From a virus, in IMG/VR virus record IMGVR_UViG_3300045988_095878, positions 1-40,357 of that record: 40,357 nt of DNA, one strand, 5' to 3'. This document shows positions 24,805 through 31,607 of this stretch, piece after piece. The notes under the pieces are model-generated. The model saw only the letters and a program-made list of their open reading frames with translations. It did no database searches and was not told where the DNA came from. The position numbers and the translations under genes are program-made. Position 1 is the first letter of the stretch; each line of letters opens with the position of its first letter.

Positions 24805-24903
24805 TTATCCAACAAACCCGAGCAAGAAGAAGTACACTCTCCGCAGCTGCTCTCCGTCGAGTCTGCTCAGCATTCGCTCGATGTTTTTAAGCGTTTCTTT
24901 CAT
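24805..24903 (-). CDS. 32-aa microprotein MKETLKNIERMLSRLDGEQLRRVYFFLLGFVG (paralogue of 28624..28722)
   Basis: Hand translation. About 25 nt is nearly identical to the second locus (gaagaagtacac[t/c]ctccgcagctgc). The RBS is weak. Confidence 0.4.
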   Translation of the reverse strand: MKETLKNIERMLSRLDGEQLRRVYFFLLGFVG

Positions 24904-25468
24904 AGCTGCTCTTTTTTCTTCTGGCGACATATGACTCCAACCCTCCTTCAGATTTTCCAAATAAGATAAAATCGCCTGGTTTTCTTTTTTCTTTTGGTCT
25001 AATAACGCGCATACCGGCGGTGTATGGCTTCCAACCTTCTCTGATCCGCCTTTCCAAATCCTCTTCGTCCCACTCTTTGCAATACTGTTTAGCCTCTTTG
25101 CGTGTAAGTCCCGTTTTTTCTACGACCGCCCACCCAGATTGTCCCGCCACATACCAAACTTCATATGCGCGAGGCTCTTTTTTTCGCCACGTCGCAGGAC
25201 GCCTCGCCCGCTTTCTGTTCTCATCAAGAGGAATCCACCGGCAATTATCCGGCGTGTAATCACCGTCCGGATCGACTCTGTCAATCGACAAAGCCGGTGC
25301 ATAGCCGTTCTTCAAGGACCATGCTTTGAAAGCCTCAAAATCGTGTTCCCACTCATCGCATACGCGAATCCCTCTATCGTGATACCATGCCGCCGCAGTA
25401 TGCTTTGGGTTGTTACATCGTTGCTTCATGCAGCTCCATATGTTATAGAGCCGTTTTTCATTATCCAA
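24887..25468 (-). CDS. HNH-endonuclease-like DNA-binding protein; first gene of the leftward (lytic) transcript
   Basis: YNIWSCMKQRCNNPKH...YHDRGIRVCDEW...LSIDRVDPDGDYTPDNCRWI is a motif set often annotated as phage HNH endonuclease. The proposed start is TTG 25468, after aaggtggg, because the track start (25525) is itself the -35 box of a promoter. Confidence 0.6.
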   Translation of the reverse strand: MDNEKRLYNIWSCMKQRCNNPKHTAAAWYHDRGIRVCDEWEHDFEAFKAWSLKNGYAPALSIDRVDPDGDYTPDNCRWIPLDENRKRARRPATWRKKEPRAYEVWYVAGQSGWAVVEKTGLTRKEAKQYCKEWDEEDLERRIREGWKPYTAGMRVIRPKEKRKPGDFILFGKSEGGLESYVARRKKSSYERNA

Positions 25469-25496
25469 ATCGCACCCACCTTGCTTGTCTATTGCA

Positions 25497-25525
25497 AATA
25501 TACGCTTGCGAGTGGCTATTGTCAA
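25497..25525 (-). promoter_or_regulatory. Leftward (lytic) promoter
   Basis: On the minus strand: TTGACA (25525-25520), 17 nt, TATATT (25502-25497). Confidence 0.65.
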
Positions 25526-25557
25526 GCTATTTTTTGGCTTTTGTTGCTTGGCTATTG
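25514..25557. promoter_or_regulatory. Three operator-like direct repeats GGCT(A/T)TTG in the switch region
   Basis: GGCTATTG 25514-25521, GGCTTTTG 25536-25543 and GGCTATTG 25550-25557. The outer two overlap the two -35 boxes. Confidence 0.45.
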
Positions 25558-25583
25558 CATTTTCTCTCTTTTGCTGTTATAGT
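25555..25583 (+). promoter_or_regulatory. Rightward (repressor) promoter
   Basis: TTGCAT (25555-25560), 17 nt, TATAGT (25578-25583), followed by RBS aaaggagg. Confidence 0.6.
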
Positions 25584-25606
25584 GCTCTCGAAAGGAGGTG
25601 CTGCCT

Positions 25607-26014
25607 ATGTCCGTAGCAACCAGAACAAAGGAGCTTCGCAAGGCTCTTGGCCTCACGCAGCAAGAGTTTGCAAACCGTCTTCACATTACGCGCGGTGCCG
25701 TATCCAACTGGGATCTGGATATTACTTCCCCTTCGGATGCCGCAATCTCACTAATCTGCCGTGAGTTCGATGTTAACGAAGACTGGCTCCGTTCCGGCGA
25801 AGGAGAAATGTTTGAGCAGCTCACGGAGGACGAAGATCGCGCCCGCTTCTTTGGTTCTCTCGCCAAAGGGGACGCCTCGCCCGAAGTACTGGCGTTCATC
25901 GACGCCCTGCGGAAAACACCTGAATCCGCTATCCGTCCCGCTCTCCAGTTCATCCGTGAGATCTACGAATCCTACAACGCCCTGCAAAAAGAAAAAGGAA
26001 GCGAATCGAAGTGA
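25607..26014 (+). CDS. CI-like XRE-family repressor
   Basis: KELRKALGLTQQEFANRLHITRGAVSNWDLD is a canonical XRE HTH. It is divergent from the lytic operon. ATG 25607 lies 8 nt after ggagg; the track start is GTG 25598. Confidence 0.85.
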   Translation: MSVATRTKELRKALGLTQQEFANRLHITRGAVSNWDLDITSPSDAAISLICREFDVNEDWLRSGEGEMFEQLTEDEDRARFFGSLAKGDASPEVLAFIDALRKTPESAIRPALQFIREIYESYNALQKEKGSESK

Positions 26015-26028
26015 TCCGCTTCCTTTTT
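25997..26028 (+). terminator. Intrinsic terminator overlapping the repressor stop
   Basis: ggaagcg...cgcttcc followed by ttttt. Confidence 0.6.
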
Positions 26029-26029
26029 C

Positions 26030-26058
26030 TTGTTTTTTCTATCAATTTTTGCTATATT
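26030..26058 (+). promoter_or_regulatory. Promoter of the nuclease moron
   Basis: TTGTTT (26030-26035), 17 nt, TATATT (26053-26058). RBS aaggaggg precedes ATG 26097. Confidence 0.5.
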
Positions 26059-26096
26059 CTCCTTGTCTCCGCGTATAAAGCAAGGAGGGTGTTAAA

Positions 26097-27323
26097 ATGT
26101 TCGACTCCGCGTTTTGCATCATTTTCTTGTGTATTTCCATCATTCTATTCGTCCGCTGGAAAAGCAGCTGCGCCGCCGTTGATGAATGGAGAAAAAAATA
26201 CACGATTTCTTTTGCCGAATGGAAAGCCCAATATGCCAAGATGGAAAAGGATTTGCTCGAAGCAAAAGGCTCCCCTACTGTACGTGCCTTAAAAAACTCC
26301 GAATTATTCGCTCGAGAACAGAAATTATTTGAAGATGAACGTAAGCTCGAAATGCAAAAGCAAACGTTTGACCAAAATATCCGCAAGATCATCTATGACA
26401 AGTCTCAGCAGTACCCTTACATTGCGGCGCAGATTGCAGACCTGTATTGTCTTTATGATGAACGCCTTGCCAAGAGCCTCGCTCAGAAAGCTCGCCCCGC
26501 TGTCCGCGCATCCGAAGACGTCGCTCGTATAGCCAGAGAAAAGCGCGAGCTTACACAGCGGGTCAAGGCGCTTGAATATCAAATCTCTGAATATGAGGCG
26601 TTTTTCCCGCAGCTATCCTCTATAGCCGATCTGACTACGAGTGAGCTTTGTGAGGCTTCTCAATCTTCTGAGGATCGCGATTCTCTGCGCGACTGGCTTT
26701 CCGATTCAGAGTATGTGTCCCTATCAGACGAAAGAAAATTCCAACTTGCTTTGGACCGGTGGCGGCGCAGGCCGCGCAGCAACTGGCAAGTTGGCCGTGA
26801 CTTTGAGCGATACATCGGCTACCTGTACGAAATGAACGGATGGAAGGTGTCTTTCTTCGGTGCGCTGAACGGCAAAAACGACCTGTGCCGCGATCTCATC
26901 GCGCAAAAGAACAGTCAAACTCTCATCATCCAATGCAAACGCTGGGCGAAGGAGAAGACGATCCACGAAAAGCACGTGTTTCAGCTCTTTGGCAGCGTTA
27001 TGAGCTACGGGATTGAGAACCCCAGCTCATCTCCCAAAGGCTTGCTTATAACTACCTGCCCGCTCTCAGACGTTGCCAAGCAGTACGCCCATGCTCTGAA
27101 CATAGACTTTGAGCAGAATTATCACTCTCGCGATCTTGACTCCTATCCGGTTATTAAATGCAACATCGCAAAAGAAGGCGAGAAGATATTCCATCTTCCG
27201 TTCGATCAGCAGTATGACCGTATCCGCATAAGCCCAGAGGCCGGCGAGAAATACGTCTCCACCGTTCGTGAAGCTATGGACGCCGGTTTCCGCCGAGCGT
27301 ACCGCTGGCACGGCAGCGACTGA
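26097..27323 (+). CDS. Membrane-anchored coiled-coil protein with a C-terminal Mrr_cat (PD-(D/E)xK restriction endonuclease-like) domain
   Basis: N-terminal TM segment FCIIFLCISIILFV and a long coiled coil. The core reads WQVGRDFERYIGYLYEMNGWKVSFFG...NDLCRDLIAQKNSQTLIIQCKRWAKEKTIHEKHVFQLFG. The region is visibly AT-richer than the rest of the phage. Confidence 0.75.
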   Translation: MFDSAFCIIFLCISIILFVRWKSSCAAVDEWRKKYTISFAEWKAQYAKMEKDLLEAKGSPTVRALKNSELFAREQKLFEDERKLEMQKQTFDQNIRKIIYDKSQQYPYIAAQIADLYCLYDERLAKSLAQKARPAVRASEDVARIAREKRELTQRVKALEYQISEYEAFFPQLSSIADLTTSELCEASQSSEDRDSLRDWLSDSEYVSLSDERKFQLALDRWRRRPRSNWQVGRDFERYIGYLYEMNGWKVSFFGALNGKNDLCRDLIAQKNSQTLIIQCKRWAKEKTIHEKHVFQLFGSVMSYGIENPSSSPKGLLITTCPLSDVAKQYAHALNIDFEQNYHSRDLDSYPVIKCNIAKEGEKIFHLPFDQQYDRIRISPEAGEKYVSTVREAMDAGFRRAYRWHGSD

Positions 27324-27432
27324 CGCCCTGCGCAAGTCGTCCGATACCACCATCCGCTCCGCGCTTGAGTTCGTCTGCAACGTCTACGAATCCTACAACG
27401 CCCTGCAAAAAGAAAAAGAGAACGGAGATTGA
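27322..27432 (+). pseudogene. Orphan 3' remnant of a second repressor allele (36 codons)
   Basis: DALRKSSDTTIRSALEFVCNVYESYNALQKEKENGD compares with the repressor C-terminus DALRKTPESAIRPALQFIREIYESYNALQKEKGSESK. 35 nt are identical (25963-25997 = 27384-27418). Confidence 0.8.
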
Positions 27433-27447
27433 CCTCCGTTCTCTTTT
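27418..27447 (+). terminator. Intrinsic terminator after the repressor remnant
   Basis: gagaacggag-attgac-ctccgttctc-tttt. Confidence 0.6.
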
Positions 27448-27456
27448 CCGTTTTTC

Positions 27457-27557
27457 GGTGCAGTTAGGTGCAAAACGGTGCTGAACGCTGTTAAACGCCG
27501 CACATGACCGCTTTTTGCCGCAGTTTGCCCGTTTATTCACAGTTTGTTCACAATTTG
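27457..27557 (+). repeat. Helically phased short direct repeats upstream of the Abi gene
   Basis: GGTGCA 27457, GGTGCA 27467 and GGTGCT 27477 have exact 10-bp spacing. TTCACAGTTTG (27536) and TTCACAATTTG (27547) are tandem 11-mers. Confidence 0.6.
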
Positions 27558-27632
27558 TTAATCACTTTCCAAACACTTTCCCATAAGATAATAGCAACAG
27601 AGCTGCTTGGAGATTTAATTGCTCCGGGGGCC

Positions 27633-27657
27633 AAGCCGAGCTTTTATGGCTCGGCTT
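27633..27657 (+). terminator. Hairpin with a T-rich tail just upstream of the Abi start
   Basis: aagccgagc-ttttatg-gctcggctt-tcttt. Confidence 0.45.
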
Positions 27658-27678
27658 TCTTTATAGGTGGGTGTACAG

Positions 27679-28581
27679 ATGGACTTAAAGAAACCGCTGC
27701 CCTTTGATGAATTGGCGGACAAGATGGAAGAGCATCACCTTGTTGTGAACGACCGCAGCGAAGCTATCCGTGTTCTCCAGCATATTAGCTATTACCGCTT
27801 GTCCGGTTACCTTCTTCCATATAGGCTTTCCCAAAATGACAGCGATTTGAAAGATGTCGCTTTTGAAGACCTTATGGCGATTTATAATTTTGACTCTGAT
27901 CTCCGCAACTTTCTTCGGAAATACATAGAAATCGCAGAGGTTTACTATCGCACGCAGATCTCTCATTGGTTTTCCCTTTCACGCTGCAGCGCTCCTCCGC
28001 ACGATCAGCATTACGATGATCACAACTTTTATCGTAAGCAGAGCTATCACGATGTAATGCGTAAATACGAAAGTGACAAGGCCGAATACTACGGGGACAG
28101 TCTTGTCATGCGCCACCACAGAGAGCGATACGGCGGACACGAGCCTCTTTGGGTCATCACGGAGATACTTTCGTTTTCCAATCTCTCAAAGCTGTACAAC
28201 TCAATGTATTACTCCGATAAGGATCTGATTGCCAATGCTGTCGGCACCGGCCGCGAAGTGCTTTCCAACCATCTTCATTGCATCACCATTCTTCGCAACA
28301 AATGTGCTCATGCCGCGAGGCTTTACAATACGAAAATGTCCAAGCCCGTGCAGCTTTCTGCATACTTTCTGCGGGCGAATCCGGAAATAAAGAACAATTC
28401 CTTGTTCGCCTACATTATCATGCTCCTCAAACGTCTTCCGGACGATCCTACAAAGAAAGATTACATCGCAGAGTTTACCCGCATAGTCGAGAAGTACCGC
28501 GAAACCGTGGACATGAGGTTTATCGGCATACCGGATAAGTGTAATTATAACGCCGTTCTGGCTCAAAATAGGTATTCATAA
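27679..28581 (+). CDS. Abi_2 family (AbiD/AbiF-like) abortive-infection protein
   Basis: LPFDELADKMEEHHLVVNDRSEAIRVLQHISYYRLSGYLLPYR...AIYNFDSDLRNFLRKYIEIAEVYYRTQIS is a typical Abi_2 N-terminus. The gene is AT-rich. Confidence 0.85.
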   Translation: MDLKKPLPFDELADKMEEHHLVVNDRSEAIRVLQHISYYRLSGYLLPYRLSQNDSDLKDVAFEDLMAIYNFDSDLRNFLRKYIEIAEVYYRTQISHWFSLSRCSAPPHDQHYDDHNFYRKQSYHDVMRKYESDKAEYYGDSLVMRHHRERYGGHEPLWVITEILSFSNLSKLYNSMYYSDKDLIANAVGTGREVLSNHLHCITILRNKCAHAARLYNTKMSKPVQLSAYFLRANPEIKNNSLFAYIIMLLKRLPDDPTKKDYIAEFTRIVEKYRETVDMRFIGIPDKCNYNAVLAQNRYS

Positions 28582-28588
28582 TTGAGGA

Positions 28589-28622
28589 GGAACCCGTCGG
28601 AAATTCCGACGGGTTCCTTTTT
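28589..28622 (+). terminator. Strong intrinsic terminator after the Abi gene
   Basis: 12-bp stem ggaacccgtcgg / ccgacgggttcc followed by ttttt. Confidence 0.8.
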
Positions 28623-28623
28623 G

Positions 28624-28722
28624 CTACGTCATCCCCAGCACGAAGAAGTACACCCTCCGCAGCTGCCGTATGTCCATCCGTCGCAGCATCCGCACAATCT
28701 CCTCGATCTTCGTCTCTTCCAT
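28624..28722 (-). CDS. 32-aa microprotein MEETKIEEIVRMLRRMDIRQLRRVYFFVLGMT (paralogue of 24805..24903)
   Basis: ATG 28722 follows aaggggggaagaa. It is convergent with the Abi gene and divergent from the HTH-TM/integrase pair. Confidence 0.45.
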   Translation of the reverse strand: MEETKIEEIVRMLRRMDIRQLRRVYFFVLGMT

Positions 28723-28744
28723 TTCTTCCCCCCTTGTCGTTTTG

Positions 28745-28773
28745 TTGCATTTCCTGTCATTTTCTTGTATACT
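28745..28773 (+). promoter_or_regulatory. Candidate promoter for the HTH-TM/integrase pair
   Basis: TTGCAT (28745-28750), 17 nt, TATACT (28768-28773). A structured leader of about 250 nt follows. Confidence 0.45.
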
Positions 28774-29018
28774 ACAACAAACTTTTATCTTTTTTGCGTC
28801 GTTCTTTGGCATTTGTTCTATAGTGTAGGCAAGGCGCCCGGGGTGATCGTGCCACAAGTCCGCCCCGGGCGTCCGCCGCAGGGCGTCCCGCTCGCCCTGC
28901 TGTGCCTGTATCGTAGCATACTCTCCCGGATTCTGAAACCGAACGCCTTGTGAGCGAGCCGGAGTATAGTGTTTTACCCCTCGGATATATCCCGGCTTGC
29001 CACTGGAATAACGAAAGG

Positions 29019-29549
29019 ATGGAAACCATGAACGAAAACGAAATGGACGTGTTGAAAAACCGCTGGAGAGAGGCGAAGAGTACGCGCACGTTCTCGGACA
29101 TTGCCGAAGCCGCCGATCTGTCGCCGAGCACCGTGGAGTATGCTTTCTCCTTCAGATCTGCAAACCCTTGCATTGATACGGTCGTGCGCATCTCCCGGGA
29201 GCTGCACGTCTCGCTCGACGATACCTTCGGCATCCTCTCGCCGAGCAATCGTTCGGAGACGGAGCTTGCCCGTCAGGACGCCGCCCACTGGAAAGCGCGG
29301 TGTGAGTCCGCCGAACGGGACGTCGAATATCTCCGGACGGTCCTCTTGATGCTCGGCGTGTTCTTTCTCGTCCTCGTCGTCTGGTGTGTAACGATGGATC
29401 TTCGCTGCACGGAGATTGGTTTCTTCCGCGGGCGGTGGAGCTTTGGCGCCGTGTTCTCGATGCTCTGCGTCGCCGTCGCCGCAGTGATGGTTGTTCTCGT
29501 CATCGTCCGCGTCTGCCGCCGCCACAGGCAGCGTAAGGAGCAGAAATAA
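29019..29549 (+). CDS. Membrane-anchored HTH protein (XRE-like N-terminus, coiled coil, two TM segments)
   Basis: STRTFSDIAEAADLSPSTVEYAFS...IDTVVRISRELHVSLDDTFG is HTH-like. The TM segments are VLLMLGVFFLVLVVWCV and FGAVFSMLCVAVAAVMVVLVIV. The start is ATG 29019 or 29028, after aaagga. Confidence 0.6.
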   Translation: METMNENEMDVLKNRWREAKSTRTFSDIAEAADLSPSTVEYAFSFRSANPCIDTVVRISRELHVSLDDTFGILSPSNRSETELARQDAAHWKARCESAERDVEYLRTVLLMLGVFFLVLVVWCVTMDLRCTEIGFFRGRWSFGAVFSMLCVAVAAVMVVLVIVRVCRRHRQRKEQK

Positions 29550-30694
29550 TGAAGTGCTGCAGCTGCTCCCGCGAGATCCCGGAAAACTCGCTGTACTGCA
29601 ACTGGTGCGGGAAAAAGCAGTCAAAAACAAAAAAACGCCGGCGCAAACGCGCCGACGGCTTCGGTTCTGTATGGAAACTGCAAGGGAAGAGATCCCGCCC
29701 ATGGGTGGCACAGAAGGACGGTCAGACCGTCGGGTACTATGCGACTGCGAAAGAGGCAGACGAAGCTCTGTCCCTGCTCGTGCGTACTCCTCTGACAGAG
29801 AGATATAATTATACTCTCGCGGAAGCGCACGATCTCTGGCAATCCGAAAAGTTTCGTACCCTCGGTGAAAAAGGGCAGGAAGGATATTGTTCGGCATGGA
29901 AGCACCTTGCACCGCTGTACAGCACAAGACTTCGAGAAATTCGTTCCGAAGATTGGCAGAGCGCCATCGACGAAATGCGAGGGAAGAGCCGAAGTACCTG
30001 CGACAAGGTGAAACAGCTTGCGAGCCAGATTTCCAAATGGGGGATCAGAGAGGAAATTCTCCAAGTGAACTACGCGCAGTTTATCGTTCTTCCGGCGGAA
30101 AAGAAAAAGCCCGTCGTTACATTTACGCCGGAAGAGCTGGCAAAGCTCGCCGCCTCGCAGAGCGATACGGCGGACATTATTCTTCTTCTCATGTATACCG
30201 GAGCGCGTATCAACGAATTGTTCACCGTCCCGCTGGAATGTTGTTACGACAAATGGATCCTGTGGGGCAGCAAATCCGATGCCGGGCGTGATCGCAGCAT
30301 TCCAATCCCCGACATAATCCTTCCGCGCTACACACGCATCCGGCAGCGTGCGCTCGATACCGGCGGCACGCGCTTGATTGATGGGTATTCCGGCGCTCAC
30401 GATGTAAGCAACTTCCGCAAGAGAGACTATTATCCCCTTCTCGAATCCCTCGGTATTGAGCGTAAAGTACCGCACACTTCAAGGAAAACTTTTATCTCTG
30501 CCAACGTCGAAGCTGGAACACGCCCAGAGATCCTGCAAACCGTCGTTGGACACGCCGATTATGATACGACCTTGAAATACTATACCAAATTTTCCCACGA
30601 AACGCTCTCCGCGGCAGTGAACAAGGCAGTCAGTTGCCAACAAATCCCCAACAAAAGCGAAAAAGCCGAAAATAAAAAAGCCCGTAATCCTTGA
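29549..30694 (+). CDS. int: Tyrosine recombinase (phage integrase) with an N-terminal zinc ribbon
   Basis: TGARINELF (Arg), HTSRKTF (HxxR) and GHADYDTTLKYY (His/Tyr) are present. The N-terminus is MKCCSCSREIPENSLYCNWCG. The start overlaps the upstream stop (TAATG), and attP lies immediately downstream. Confidence 0.9.
   Translation: MKCCSCSREIPENSLYCNWCGKKQSKTKKRRRKRADGFGSVWKLQGKRSRPWVAQKDGQTVGYYATAKEADEALSLLVRTPLTERYNYTLAEAHDLWQSEKFRTLGEKGQEGYCSAWKHLAPLYSTRLREIRSEDWQSAIDEMRGKSRSTCDKVKQLASQISKWGIREEILQVNYAQFIVLPAEKKKPVVTFTPEELAKLAASQSDTADIILLLMYTGARINELFTVPLECCYDKWILWGSKSDAGRDRSIPIPDIILPRYTRIRQRALDTGGTRLIDGYSGAHDVSNFRKRDYYPLLESLGIERKVPHTSRKTFISANVEAGTRPEILQTVVGHADYDTTLKYYTKFSHETLSAAVNKAVSCQQIPNKSEKAENKKARNP
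30631..30653 (+). repeat. Arm-type repeat, left copy (inside the int 3' end)
   Basis: cagttgccaacaaatccccaaca compared with cagttaccaacaaatttccaaca at 30858: 20 of 23 bases identical, same orientation, flanking the tRNA-like core. Confidence 0.6.
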
Positions 30695-30711
30695 GATTAC
30701 AGGCTTTTTTT
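30679..30711 (+). terminator. Terminator hairpin spanning the int stop
   Basis: agcccgtaatc-cttga-gattacaggct, with one mismatch, followed by ttttttt. Confidence 0.6.
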
Positions 30712-30757
30712 GGTGGAGACGAATGGGCTCGAACCATCGACCTCATGCGTGTGAATT
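30711..30757 (-). other. attP core: 3' half of a tRNA (anticodon loop to CCA), not a complete tRNA gene
   Basis: The minus strand reads ttcacac-gcatg-aggtc-gatgg-ttcgagc-ccatt-cgtctcc-a-cca (anticodon loop, stem, variable loop, T arm, acceptor, CCA). No 5' half lies upstream. The loop would imply Val(CAC). Confidence 0.7.
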
Positions 30758-30857
30758 TTATTCGACAGAAAGTTTTACACGATACCGCACGAAATAACCC
30801 TGATTTTTCAACGCTTTTCGGCGTTCCCGTTTCTTTCTGTTTTGTTGTATTCCGTGT

Positions 30858-30880
30858 CAGTTACCAACAAATTTCCAACA
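30858..30880 (+). repeat. Arm-type repeat, right copy
   Basis: cagttaccaacaaatttccaaca. Confidence 0.6.
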
Positions 30881-30904
30881 GTTCACCGTACTGTACGGGT
30901 TGCT

Positions 30905-31207
30905 TTATCTCCCGTCATAGAGCGCGAGCTTCATTCGGATCATCGCTTCCCGCTCCATGATCCGATCATGCTCATATTCCCAGATCGAGCGCATACTTTC
31001 GGGGGGCTCCTTGTCGTACTCGCGGATGAGCCGCACCGCCTGCGCGTGGAACAGCTCGCAATGCTCCAGCTCCTGCCGCGCCACTCTCGCGTAGACGTCG
31101 CCGAGCTCCTTGTCCTCGTCTTTGTTTCGCAGGGCGTGCTTTGCGTAGTGCTCGGCAGCCTCCAGCTCATAGCCCATATCCTTAACAAGGCACTGGATTT
31201 TTTTCAT
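30905..31207 (-). CDS. Small helical protein (100 aa), unknown function
   Basis: RBS aaggag lies 9 nt before the ATG. It is the last gene before attP. Confidence 0.6.
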   Translation of the reverse strand: MKKIQCLVKDMGYELEAAEHYAKHALRNKDEDKELGDVYARVARQELEHCELFHAQAVRLIREYDKEPPESMRSIWEYEHDRIMEREAMIRMKLALYDGR

Positions 31208-31208
31208 C

Positions 31209-31550
31209 TCACATTTCTCCTTTCAGATAGCGGTATAATTTCTCAAAGTCGCCGCGGTCGAACCGGAAGTCCCCGACGACCGGCAGCGAGATCAGCACCG
31301 GCTCGTTGATGTACGGCGAAACCGCCGAAAAGAGTGCGTCCACGTCCACGCCTTCTTCGGATACCGCTCCGGTCAGTGCCACGAGCGGCTTGTCCTTCAT
31401 TCCTTGCAGCATCCCGGCGGCGTTCTTCGTGGCGAGCGCCGCGTATCCGCCGAGCAGGATCCGCTTCCCGCCGGTCATATGCGGCAGCATTTCCGCGTCA
31501 ACGAACCGCGTAAGGCGCGTCTGAAGCTCTGCATAAGAAACCATAGTCAT
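31209..31550 (-). CDS. Hypothetical protein (113 aa)
   Basis: RBS gaggagg is present; the start is ATG 31550 or 31544. Confidence 0.6.
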   Translation of the reverse strand: MTMVSYAELQTRLTRFVDAEMLPHMTGGKRILLGGYAALATKNAAGMLQGMKDKPLVALTGAVSEEGVDVDALFSAVSPYINEPVLISLPVVGDFRFDRGDFEKLYRYLKGEM

Positions 31551-31607
31551 ATCCTCCTCATAAGATCAAGCGGGGGAGGGAATTTCACCTCCCCCGCCCG
31601 GCGTGGG

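Noticed and set aside
28772-29927. Minus-strand ORFs 28772..29248 (158 aa) and 28974..29927 (317 aa)
   Set aside because: They are antisense to the HTH-TM and integrase genes, which have clear motifs, and they have no RBS.
30711-30757. A tRNA gene
   Set aside because: Only the anticodon loop through CCA is present. The sequence upstream on the minus strand (gaataaaa) cannot form the anticodon stem, D arm or acceptor 5' strand. I interpret it as the attP core.
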